From contig CAWHBZ010000010.1 of assembly GCA_963827645.1 (NCBI GenBank), positions 28,325 through 92,324 on the forward strand: DNA of 64,000 nt, read 5' to 3'. Made by a program: the position numbers and the translations under genes. Origin of the DNA: an uncultured beta proteobacterium. Its GTDB lineage: Bacteria; Pseudomonadota; Gammaproteobacteria; Burkholderiales; Burkholderiaceae_C. This document shows, piece by piece, positions 1-10,453 of this stretch. The notes under the pieces are model-generated. The model was given only the letters and a program-made list of their open reading frames with translations, made no database searches and was not told the origin of the DNA. Position 1 is the first letter of the stretch; each line of letters opens with the position of its first letter.

Positions 1-1249
1 TGCTGCGCGTGCCGGTGGCCTTCGCGCTCGGCCTCGCCTGCCTGCCGATGTACTTCATCGAGCCGCGGCTCGACACCCAGGGCCTGGTGCAGGAGACCTT
101 CAACGCCTTCAACTCCTTCATCCTGCTGGCGGTGCCGTTCTTCCTGCTCACCGCCAACCTGATGAACGTCGGCGGCATCACCGACCGGCTGGTGCGCTTC
201 TCGCGCGCGCTGGTCGGCCATTTCCCGGGCGGGCTGGCGCAGATCAACGTGGTGCTGTCGATCTTCTTCGCCGGCGTCTCGGGCTCGTCCACCGCCGACG
301 CGGCGAGCCAGAGCAAGATCTTCATCGAGGCGCAGACCAAGGAAGGCTACGACGTCAGCTTCTCGGTGGCCATCACCGCGGTGTCGGCGGTGATGGCGGT
401 GATCATCCCGCCGTCGATCCTGATGATCGTCTGGGGCGGCGTGCTACGGTGTCGATCGGCGCGCTGATGCTGGCCGGCATCATCCCGGGCCTGCTGATCG
501 GCCTGGCGCAGATGGCCACCGTGCACGCCTACGCCAAGCGGCGCGGCTACCCGACCTACCCGCGCGCCACGCTGCGCGAGGTGTTCGCCTCGGCCGCTGG
601 TGTCGGTGCCGGCGCTGATGACGCCGTTCATCATCGTCGGCGGCAAGATCTTCGGCTGGTTCACCGCCACCGAGTCGGCCGCCATCGCGGTGCTGTACGC
701 CGGCGCGCTGACGATGCTGGTGTACCGCGAGATGGGCCTGAAGGGCCTGCACCACGCGCTGCTCGATACCGGCAAGCTCGCCGGCGATCGCGCTGTTCTG
801 CGTCGGCACCGCCAGCGCCTTCGGCTGGCTGCTGGCGTACTACCAGATCCCGAAGGCGCTGCTGGCCGGCGTGGCCGCCTGGGGCATGGGGCCGACGACC
901 ACCGGCGTTCTTCATCGCCGGCGTGTTCCTGGTGGTCGGCTGCTTCCTCGACGCGATCCCGGCGATCATCATCGTCGGCACCATCCTGCAGCCGCTGGCG
1001 CAGACGCGCCGGCATGGACCCGGTGCACTTCGCCATCGTCGGCATCGTCTCGCTGGCCTTCGGCCTGGTGACGCCGCCGTACGGCCTGTGCCTGATGGTG
1101 GCCTGCGCGGTGGCCAAGATCCGCATGGTCGACGCGCTGAAGGACACCATGATCATGCTGGTGCCGATGCTGCTGGTGCTGGCGCGATCATCATGTGGCC
1201 CAGCGTGCCGCTGTTCCTGCCGCGGCTGTTCCCGCCCGGCACGTTGTAG
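1..1249 (+). CDS. dctM: TRAP transporter large permease DctM family, 5' end outside the window, split over at least 3 frames
   Basis: ORFs 9..467, 449..1249 and 600..1286 together give DctM-like sequence (MNVGGITDRLVRFSRALVGHFPGGLAQINVV..SGSSTADAA; C-terminal VTPPYGLCLMVACAVAKI). Stop TAG at 1247..1249. Confidence 0.75.
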   Translation, partial: AARAGGLRARPRLPADVLHRAAARHPGPGAGDLQRLQLLHPAGGAVLPAHRQPDERRRHHRPAGALLARAGRPFPGRAGADQRGAVDLLRRRLGLVHRRRGEPEQDLHRGADQGRLRRQLLGGHHRGVGGDGGDHPAVDPDDRLGRRATVSIGALMLAGIIPGLLIGLAQMATVHAYAKRRGYPTYPRATLREVFASAAGVGAGADDAVHHRRRQDLRLVHRHRVGRHRGAVRRRADDAGVPRDGPEGPAPRAARYRQARRRSRCSASAPPAPSAGCWRTTRSRRRCWPAWPPGAWGRRPPAFFIAGVFLVVGCFLDAIPAIIIVGTILQPLAQTRRHGPGALRHRRHRLAGLRPGDAAVRPVPDGGLRGGQDPHGRRAEGHHDHAGADAAGAGAIIMWPSVPLFLPRLFPPGTL

Positions 1250-1250
1250 C

Positions 1251-1585
1251 AAGAAAGGATTTTCAGGGTGTTGGGAAAGGGATTAGAGAAAGGTAAGAGA
1301 GAGATAAAGGAAAAGAGGGAGAAGGAATGGAAGAGAATAGTGAAAGAAGGGAGGATAGGATGGCTGCCCAGAAAGTGAGGCAGAAAATATGAGAGGAAAG
1401 TGAAAGAGAGGGAGAGAGATAAAGAGAGTGTGTAAGAAGAAGAGAGAGAGGAAGAAAGTGGAAATAAGAGGGATGATAGAAAGGAGGAAGAGAAGAGATG
1501 ATGAAGGTGAAGAGATAAGAGTGGATGTGAGAAGGTGTAATCTAGAGAGAAAGGGTGTAAGACTGGGTCGGTAACAAGGGCGATG
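1251..1585. repeat. ~330 bp strand-asymmetric polypurine tract (A+G ~85% on + strand, about 7 C in the 300 nt between 1261 and 1560), GC ~40% in a ~70% GC genome
   Basis: Direct reading of 1251..1585. Dominated by GAGAG, AAGAG and GGAAG motifs. Only low-complexity Ser/Leu/Phe 'ORFs' read across it on the minus strand. Confidence 0.9.
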
Positions 1586-1777
1586 TTCAATCGCAAGGCG
1601 AAGGCGCTGGCTGCTCCGGGCGGCGCGATGAGCGCGGCGAAGGTGACTACGGTTGAGGCGATGTGCTCGCCGCCTGCGACGCGCTGGACGGCAACGCCGA
1701 CGGCGTGGTACGACGCAGAGCGGCCAACGCGAAGAACCCCGCCACGTAGCGCTGCCCCGGTGGCGGCGAGAAAGCAA

Positions 1778-2677
1778 ATGCAAACCATCGGCTTCATCGG
1801 CGCGTCGGGCCTCATGGGCCACGGCATGGCCAAGAACCTGCAAGGCCAAGGGCCACCCGCTGGCGATCACCGCGTTTCGCAACCGCGAACGTGTGGCCGA
1901 CCTGCTGGCCGCCGGCGCCAAGGAGCTGCCCAACCCGGCGGCGATGGCGCGCGAGTGCGGCGTGGTGTTCCTGTGCGTCACCGGCTCGCCGCAGGTCGAG
2001 CAGGTGGTGACCGGCGCCGACGGCCTGCTGTCGGGCGCCGCCAAGGGGCTGATCATCGTCGACACCTCGACCAGCGAGCCCGACTCCACCGCGCGTTTGC
2101 GCGAGGCCTGCGCCGCCAAGGGCGTCAGCTTCATCGACGCGCCGCTGGCGCGCACGCCGGTGGAGGCCGAGGCCGGCAAGCTCAACGTGATGGTCGGCGC
2201 CAGCGCCGGAAGACTTCGCGCGCATCGAGCCGCTGCTGAAGTGTTTCGCCGAGAACGTGTTCCACGTCGGCGGGCCCGGCGCCGGCCACATCATCAAGCT
2301 GCTCAACAACTTCATCGCGCAGGCGATCTGCAACGCCACCGCAGAGGCGTTCGCGGTCGGCCAGCGCGCCGGCATCGACCTGAAGAAGCTGGTGTCGCTG
2401 GTGTCGGCCGGCCTGGTGAACTCCGGGCCTGTTCCAGGTGATGAGCAAGACGCTCGACGGCCAGCTCGACGGCTTGAAGTTCGAGCTCAACAACGCACGC
2501 AAGGACGTGCGCTACTACACCCACATGGCCGAGAACCTGGGCGTGCCCACCGTGATGGGCGAGGCGACGCACCAGTCGCTGGTGTTGGCGTGCGCTCTGG
2601 GCTTCGGCAACAAGCTGGTGCCGTCGCTGGTGGAGGCGCAGGAGAAGCTGGCCAACGTGAAGATCGTGCCGCGTTGA
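1778..2677 (+). CDS. NAD(P)-dependent oxidoreductase, 3-hydroxyisobutyrate dehydrogenase / tartronate-semialdehyde reductase family, frameshifted
   Basis: MQTIGFIGASGLMGHGMAKNL NAD-binding N-terminus, followed by ..LIIVDTSTSEPDST.., GGPGAGHIIKLLNNFIAQ and a C-terminal ..EKLANVKIVPR* spread across 4 frames. Confidence 0.75.
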
Positions 2678-2708
2678 CTGCGCCGATTGCTGCGCCCCGA
2701 GGCAGCAC

Positions 2709-3441
2709 TCAATTGACGACGTTTCTGATCTGATCTTCGCGGCGGCGCTCCACGCCGGCATCCACGAGCAGGCGAACGCGGGCGACGTCGTCCATCTCCC
2801 AGTTCAGGCACAGCAGGCCGAACTGGCTGATCGCCTCGGTGTCGGCGCGCTTCGTGGCCGCGTTGACGCGGGCGATCGCCTGGTGCACCCATTCGACGAC
2901 CAAAGGATCGTCGGGACGCTGCGTCAGCGCCGTCTTGTCGCCATACGGGCCTTCCTCGACCCACGCGCTGGCGGCGCCGGGAATGCCTTCGTCGGCTGCG
3001 CTCGCCGCCAACTCCACACGAAGGTCCAGTTGGCGCGCCGACAGATCGCCGCATGCCGCGGCGATGCGAGCGAAGCCATCACCATAACGCTCGCGCAAGC
3101 GGGTCGATTCCGAGTCGACGGGGAGCGACTTCAGATAACGATCGAAGTCGATCGCGTGTGCGCACTGCGCGAGCACCCCGAAGGCCTGATAACGATCACG
3201 TGGTGTTCCCGGCGACAACAGGCGTTCGACCCACGAGCGCAAGCTGACGGCATCGCTCGACGGTCGGCCGCGCAGCGTCCGGGCGGCCTCGGACGGGATG
3301 CGGTGAGCGCGCGTCTCGCCAACCGCTTTGAGCGACGCCGGGGCCTGACCCGGCTGCGGCTCGTCGTGGCTTGCAGCCCAGCCCTGTCGCGACGAGGGTC
3401 GCGAACGCCAGCACGGCGACGCCGCCAACAAGGGTCTTCAC
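2709..3441 (-). CDS. hypothetical secreted protein, frameshifted near the N-terminus
   Basis: The 240-aa ORF 2709..3431 has no family I recognise. The upstream frame 3196..3441 supplies a signal-peptide-like MKTLVGGVAVLAFATLVATGLG. Confidence 0.4.
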
Positions 3442-3557
3442 ACAACGTTCATCGCGAGCACTCCGACGCCGCGCCGATGCGGCAGCAGCCTGCTCATGGC
3501 TTGCGCCTCAGTGTGTTCCTGCTCGCCAAGCGCGGTCAACCAGCGAGGCAATGCCCG

Positions 3558-4530
3558 TCAGGGACGGTAGGCAACGCCCCTGACCGCACTCAGCCGCGGC
3601 GACGGCTCGGTGACGCCGGCCTCGAACGGGTGGAAGTACGCACCGAACAGATCGACCACCTTGCGCACGTAGGCGCGCGTCTCGGCATACGGCGGCACAC
3701 CGCGGTAGCGGTCGACCGCGCCTTCGCCGGCGTTGTAGGCGGCGGCGGCGAGCGTGACATCGCCCTGGTAGTAGGCGAGCAGCCACTGCAGGTAGGCGGT
3801 GCCGCCGCGCACGTTCTGCTGTGCGTCGTAGGCGTTGCGCACACCGAAGCGCGCGGCCGTCTCGGGGATCAGCTGCATCAGCCCCTTGGCGTTCTTCGGC
3901 GACAGCGCCACGGTGTCGAAATTCGACTCGGTCTGGATCACCGACAGCACCAGTTGCGGGTGCACCTTGTACTCGGGCGCGATGGTCTTGACCATGTTGA
4001 CGATCGGCAGCGGCCACGACGGGCGCGCCAACACCACCGGCGCCGCCGGCGGGCGGTGCGCGCCGCAATGGCGGTTTGGCGGCGGCCACCTTGGGCGGCT
4101 CGGGCTCGCGCATGCAGTCGGGCACATAGGTCGGCGCGCCGCCCACCTGGCTCAGCATGCGTTGCGCCTGCTCGTAGCCCTGCTCGGCCGCCGCATGAAA
4201 GAAGAACGCCGCCCACTGGTCGCTGCGCTCGACGCCGCGGCCGTTGCTGTACATCCAGCCGAGGTTGAATTGCGACGGCGCATCGCCCAGCCGCGCTGCC
4301 TCGCAGTACAGCCTGGCGGCGGCCGTCGGATCGCGCTCGACGCCCTCGCCGTTTTCGAGCGCCAGCGCCTGCACGCGCAGCAGCTCGCGTTTGGCCGCCT
4401 CGACGTTGCCTTCCTCGATCAGCGCGTGCGCAGGCAGCGCGCCCGCGGTGGTCAGCAGCAGGGCCAAACGCAGCACGAGCGCTGCGGCGCGATGGGAGTG
4501 TCCTTGCAGTGTGTTCACGCCGGTGGGCAT
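3558..4530 (-). CDS. Sel1-repeat-containing lytic transglycosylase (SLT domain), one frameshift
   Basis: N-terminal signal peptide plus Sel1-like repeats (..AAKRELLRVQALALENGEGVERDPTAAARLYCEAARLGDAPSQFNLGWMYSNGRGVERSDQWAAFFFHAAAEQGY..). C-terminal SLT motifs (QTESNFDTVALSPKNAKGLMQLIPETAARFG..AYNAGEGAVDRY) lie in ORF 3558..4127. Confidence 0.75.
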
Positions 4531-4569
4531 TCGCGAGTGGGCGATTTCAGCCCGCCGCGCCGGCCGCCG

Positions 4570-5171
4570 TCAATCCCCGATCCGGCGGCCCGCCGCGCAT
4601 TCGGCGATCAGGCGCTCGAGCCGGCGCAGTTGCGTCGCCTCCTGCTTGGCACTTGTCACCCAATGCACCACCTTGCGCTTGAAGCCCGGCGGCAGCGCCT
4701 GCCAGAAGGCCCACGCCGCCTTGTCGGCGCGCAGGCGCTTCTCGAACGCGGTGCCGAAGCGCTCACTCTTGCCGGCCGGCGACTCGTAGCTGTAGCCGCT
4801 GCGCGAGTGCGCGTGGCGGTCCTCGTAGGCGCGCAGGCCGGCGGCGTGCATGCGGCCTTCGGCGATCAGCTCCTCGGCGATGCGGATGTTGATCGCGCTC
4901 CACACGCTGCCGCGGCGCCGCGGCACGAAGCGGATCACGTAGGCCTCGTCGCCGAGCGATTTGCGAATGCCATCGATCCAGCCCACACGCAGCGCCTCGC
5001 GCACCGCCTGCGGCCAGTCGATGCTCGGCTTGCCGGTGCCTTTCTTCCAGAAGCCGACCCACAACTCGGGCGCGCGCTCGTGATGCCGGTCGAGCCAGGC
5101 ACCAAACGACTGCGCCGACGCAAAGTGGCGCGGCTTGATGGCCGGCGCCGCGGCCCTCTTTGCGACGGCGC

Positions 5172-5175
<4 letters not shown>
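4570..5175 (-). CDS. YdeI/OmpD-associated family protein (DUF1801-like)
   Basis: ..[103 protein letters not shown] start overlaps the upstream stop as GTGA. Confidence 0.6.
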
Positions 5176-6690
<1,515 letters not shown>

Positions 6691-6726
6691 GGCGGCGGGT
6701 CGCTGGAAAACCCGGGCTTGCGACTG

Positions 6727-6746
6727 CTGTAATTATAGGATTACAG
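6727..6746. promoter_or_regulatory. perfect 20-bp palindrome CTGTAATTATAGGATTACAG in the divergent intergenic region, candidate GntR/FadR-type operator (GT..AC core)
   Basis: The sequence at 6727..6746 is its own reverse complement. It lies 30 bp upstream of the GntR gene start (6777) and between it and the sigma-54 activator gene. Confidence 0.45.
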
Positions 6747-6776
6747 TGCGCCCAGCACCACTCCGGTGTGCGACCC

Positions 6777-7450
6777 ATGGCCGATCCGATCCCCCTGCAC
6801 GGCACCTCGATGCACGACGGCGTGGCGGCGCGGCTGCGCGCGATGGTGTTCGACGCGCGAGCTCGGCGCCCGGCGACTACATCGACGAGAAGGCGCTGGC
6901 CGCGCGCTGGCAGATCAGCCGCACGCCGCTGCGCGAGGCGCTCAAGGTGCTGGCCGCCGAAGGCCTGGTCGAGCTGGTGCCGCGGCGCGGCTGCCGCGTC
7001 ATCGAGATGACCGACGCCGACGCCGAGGCGCTGTTGCCGGTGATGGCGCTGCTCGAGGGCCGCTGCGCCTACGAGGCGGTGCGCAAGGCCAGCGACGACG
7101 ACATCGCCGAGCTGCAGGCGCCTGCACGACCAGCTCGAGCGCCACGCCGCCGCGCACGCACATCGACGGCTACTACCGCGCCAACCACGCCTTCCACAGC
7201 CGCGTGCAGGCGCTGGCCGACAACCGCTGGCTCGACCGCGTGACCGGCGACCTGCGCAAGTTCGTGCGCCTGTGGCGCGGCCGGCAGCTCGCGCTGCCCG
7301 GGCGCATCGACGCCTCGATCAACGAGCACCGCGTGCTGATCGACGCCATCGAGCAGCGCGACGCGGTGCGCGCCGAACGCGCGATGCACGACCACCTGAT
7401 GGCGCAGCTGGCCGCGCTGAAGGCGCTGCAACGCCAGCTGCGCAAGCGCC
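6777..7450 (+). CDS. GntR-family transcriptional regulator with FCD domain (MatR-like), frameshifted, 3' end approximate
   Basis: MADPIPLHGTSMHDGVAARLRAMVFD.. then GDYIDEKALAARWQISRTPLREALKVLAAEGLVELVPRRGCRV (HTH). FCD-like ..HIDGYYRANHAFHSRVQALADNRWLDRVTGDLRKF..INEHRVLIDAIEQRD. Confidence 0.7.
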
Positions 7451-7469
7451 GCAGCGCAGCGGCGCCGTG

Positions 7470-8814
7470 CGGCGGCGCGCAGCGGCCGGAGGCCGCCGTG
7501 CTGGCTGAGCTGAAACGCAAGGCCGCAGGGCCTGCGCCAGGACCACGCGCTGCGCGGCCTGCTCGCCGAATGCAGGCGCCTGCTGTCCGAGCGCGGCGAG
7601 GCCAACGGCCCGGCGATCGCGCCGGGCATCGTCGAGCGCATCGAGGCGCTGGCCGACGACCAGCCGCTGGCGCTTCTTCGACCACCTGGCGCGCGACTTC
7701 AGCCCCGACCCCGAGGCGGTGCTGGCCAGCGCGCAGGCCTATGCGCGAGCAGCCCGGCGCCGAGCAGCTGATGCGCCTGACGCACGCCACCGAGCCGCCG
7801 CGGCAGGAGCTGTTTCGACGGCTCAACCGCACGCCGGGCGGCACCGCGGCGATCGTGCGCCTGCGCCGCGCGCTGCTCGAGCGGCTGCCGAAGCAACCCG
7901 CAGCTGCAGGCGGTGGAGGCCGACCTGCTGCACCTGCTGTCGAGCTGGTTCAACGCCGGCTTCCTGCAGATGCGCCGCGTCGACTGGAACTCGCCGGCGC
8001 AACTGCTCGAGCAGATCATCCGCCACGAGGCGGTGCACGAGATCGACGGCTGGGACGACCTGCGCCGCCGCCTGCAGCCCGACCGCCGCTGCTTTGCCTT
8101 CTTCCACCCGCAACTGCCCGACGAGCCGCTGATCTTCGTCGAGGTGGCGCTGGTGCGGCGAGATGGCCGGGTGCCATCGCGCCGCTGATCGACAAGAAGT
8201 CGCACGCCGCTGGCCAGCGACCACTTCAAGGTCGCGGTGTTCTATTCGATCAGCAACTGCCAGCCCGGGCTGCGCAACGTGTCGCTCGGCAACTTCCTGA
8301 TCAAGCGCGTGGCCGACGAGCTCAAGCGCGAGCTGCCGCAGCTGAAGACCTTCTGCACGCTGTCGCCGATCCCGACGCTGGTGCCGTGGCTGGCGCGCCT
8401 GCAACGGCTCGACGCGCTGCCCGGCGTCAAGGCGCAGCAGGCCGAGCGCGCGCTGCAATCGCTCGCCGCTGCTGCGCAAGGCGTGCGGCGACGACCTCGC
8501 CGGCCTCACGCACGCCAACACGCTGCACGCGATGCCGACGCGCCGCGCACCAGGCGCTGTGGCGGCTGGCCGCGCTGTACCTGGTGCACGCGTCGCCGAC
8601 GCCGCAGGGCGACCCGGTGGCGCGTTTCCACCTCGACAACGGCGCGCGGCTGGAGCGCCTGAACGCCAGCGCCAACCTGTCGGCCAAGGGCCTCAAGCAG
8701 TCGGCCGGCCTGATGGTCAACTACCTGTACGACCTGTCGCGCATCGAGACTTGCCACGATCGATTCGTGCACGGCCGGGTGGTACATTCGCGCGCCCTTT
8801 CGGCGCTGCTGTAG
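7470..8814 (+). CDS. matA: malonyl-CoA decarboxylase (MatA/MCD), frameshifted, 5' end approximate
   Basis: ..LLSERGEANGPAIA..IEALADDQ.., LLHLLSSWFNAGFLQMRRVDWNSPAQLLEQIIRHEAVHEIDGWDDLRRRL, MFYSISNCQPGLRNVSLGNFLIKRVADELKRELPQLKTFCTLSPIP, and C-terminal ..VARFHLDNGARLERLNASANLSAKGLKQSAGLMVNYLYDLSRIE.. ending at 8814. Confidence 0.8.
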
Positions 8815-8861
8815 CCGCACATTCAACGATGGTGCGCCGCACCGAAAACCGAGGAGACCGC

Positions 8862-9854
8862 ATGACCCCCATTTATCGACCCTCGCGCCGCGTGGTGCTG
8901 CGCGCCGCTGCCGCGGTGGCCGCGCTGGGCAGCGGCGCCGTCAAGGCGCAGGCGTGGCCTAACAAGCCCGTCACGCTGATCGTGCCGTTCCCCGCCGGCG
9001 GCGGCACCGACGCCTTCGCGCGGCCGCTGACCGCGATGCTGAGCAAGAACCTCGGCCGCCAGGTGATCATCGACAACAAGGGCGGCGCCGGCGGCACGGT
9101 GGGCGCCGTCGCTGGCCTCGCGCGCCGCGCCCGACGGCTACACCTTCTTCATGGGCGCCGTGCACCACACGATCGCGCCGTCGATGTACGCCAAGCTCGA
9201 CTACAACATCGAGACCGATTTCGTGCCGGTGGGGCTGGTGTCGAGCGTGCCGCAGGTGATCGTGGTGCACCCGCAGCGCGTGCCGGTGAAGGACCTGAAG
9301 GAGTTTCTCGAGCTACGTGCGCAAGAACCCGGGCAAGCTCAACTACGGCTCGGCCGGCAACGGCACGTCGCACCACCTGGCCGGCGAGCTGTTCAAGCTG
9401 CAGACCAAGACCTTCATCACCCACATCCCGTACCGCGGCGCCGGCCCGGCGCTGCAGGACCTGATCGCCGGCCAGGTCGACATGATGTTCGACGGCATGG
9501 GCTCTTCGTCCGCGCACATCAGGGCCGGCCGCATCAAGGCGCTGGCGGTGGCCGTCGCAAAAGCGCGCACCGGGCTTCGCCGACCTGCCCACCAGCGTCG
9601 AGGCCGGCGGCCCCGACTACCAGGTGTCCACCTGGTACGGCATCTGGGCGCCCAAGGGCACGCCCAAGGAGATCGGCGACCAGTTGCAAGCCGAGATGAA
9701 GAAGGCGTTCGCCGCCGACGAGATCAAGAGCCAGTGGAACGGCATGGGCGCCGAGATACCCAACATCTTCGGCGCCGAGTTCGGCAGGTTCGTCAGCAGC
9801 GAGGTCAAGCGCTGGGCCGAAGTGGTGAAGGCATCGGGCGCGAAGCTGGATTGA
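8862..9854 (+). CDS. Bug-family (TctC-like) tripartite tricarboxylate transporter substrate-binding protein, frameshifted
   Basis: MTPIYRPSRRVVLRAAAAVAALGSGAVKAQAWPNKPVTLIVPFPAGGGTDAFARPLTAMLSKNLGRQVIIDNKGGAGGTVGA.. then ..KLNYGSAGNGTSHHLAGELFKLQTKTFITHIPYRGAGPALQDLIAGQVDMMFDG.. then ..STWYGIWAPKGTPKEIGDQL..FVSSEVKRWAEVVKASGAKLD*. Confidence 0.8.
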
Positions 9855-9908
9855 CGTGTCGCTGCGGCGGGATGGCTGACGGCATGCGTTGCCACTGCTC
9901 TTGCGCAA

Positions 9909-10436
9909 GGCAAAGCCGCGGGCGGGTATGCGCCGGCGCTCGAATGCGGCAGCCCTTCGCTGCGCGAAGGGTCCCCTGCGGTACTCGGTCTCATGGCCCG
10001 TCGCGAAACTCGCTTCGCTCACTTCGTTCGCTGCGCTCGAACAATCGCGACGAGTCAGATCACGAAGCGCGCGCTGCGCGCGCGGCCACGAGCCCTGCGT
10101 TCCTCGGCGCCGCATATGTCGCTGCCGTCGCACACCCACCCACGGCTTTGCCGGCACCACCGTGGCATGTCGTCGAACAGCACGAGCGTTGCTGCGCGGT
10201 GGGCGGTACCCGGTGGGGGCGACTTGTGGGGCGGCGAGAAGCGCAGGTTCGGGGTCGGCACGCGCGCAGCGCGTGCTTCCACTTCTGACTCGCGGCGATT
10301 GTCCGAGCGCAACGACCGCAGTGAGTGAAGCGAGTTTCGCCGCGCGACCCCGAACCGAGCATCGCAGCGGAGTCGGCCTGCAGGGCCGACCGCCACAGTA
10401 GGAGCCCCTGCCGGGTACCGCCCGCCGCGCCGCGCC
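9909..10436. mobile_element. MITE-like palindromic repeat element, copy A (~528 bp), no transposase
   Basis: About 90% identical and colinear with 42843..43380. Long internal inverted arms at 10002..10058 and 10286..10345 (cgcgaaactcgcttcgctcacttcg... pairs with ...cgcagtgagtgaagcgagtttcgccgcg). Only spurious ORFs cross it. Confidence 0.7.
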
Positions 10437-10453
10437 TGCAAACTCAGCATGCA

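Noticed and set aside
347-1252. Long ORFs antisense to or overlapping real genes. Examples: 347..1252 (-), 9534..11447 (-), 13947..16358 (+), 18996..19964 (-), 20031..21053 (-), 31825..32970 (-), 33566..35692 (+), 46106..47257 (-), 50010..51998 (-), 52117..53676 (-).
   Set aside because: Arg/Ala/Gly/Pro-rich low-complexity translations with no family resemblance. They lie opposite genes with clear homology. They are the expected result of rare stop codons in ~70% GC DNA.
1153-2185. Minus-strand ORFs 1153..1833 and 1283..2185 encoding Ser/Leu/Phe-rich 'proteins'.
   Set aside because: They are the reverse translation of the polypurine tract (CT-rich codons). They have no start-site context and are not protein-like.
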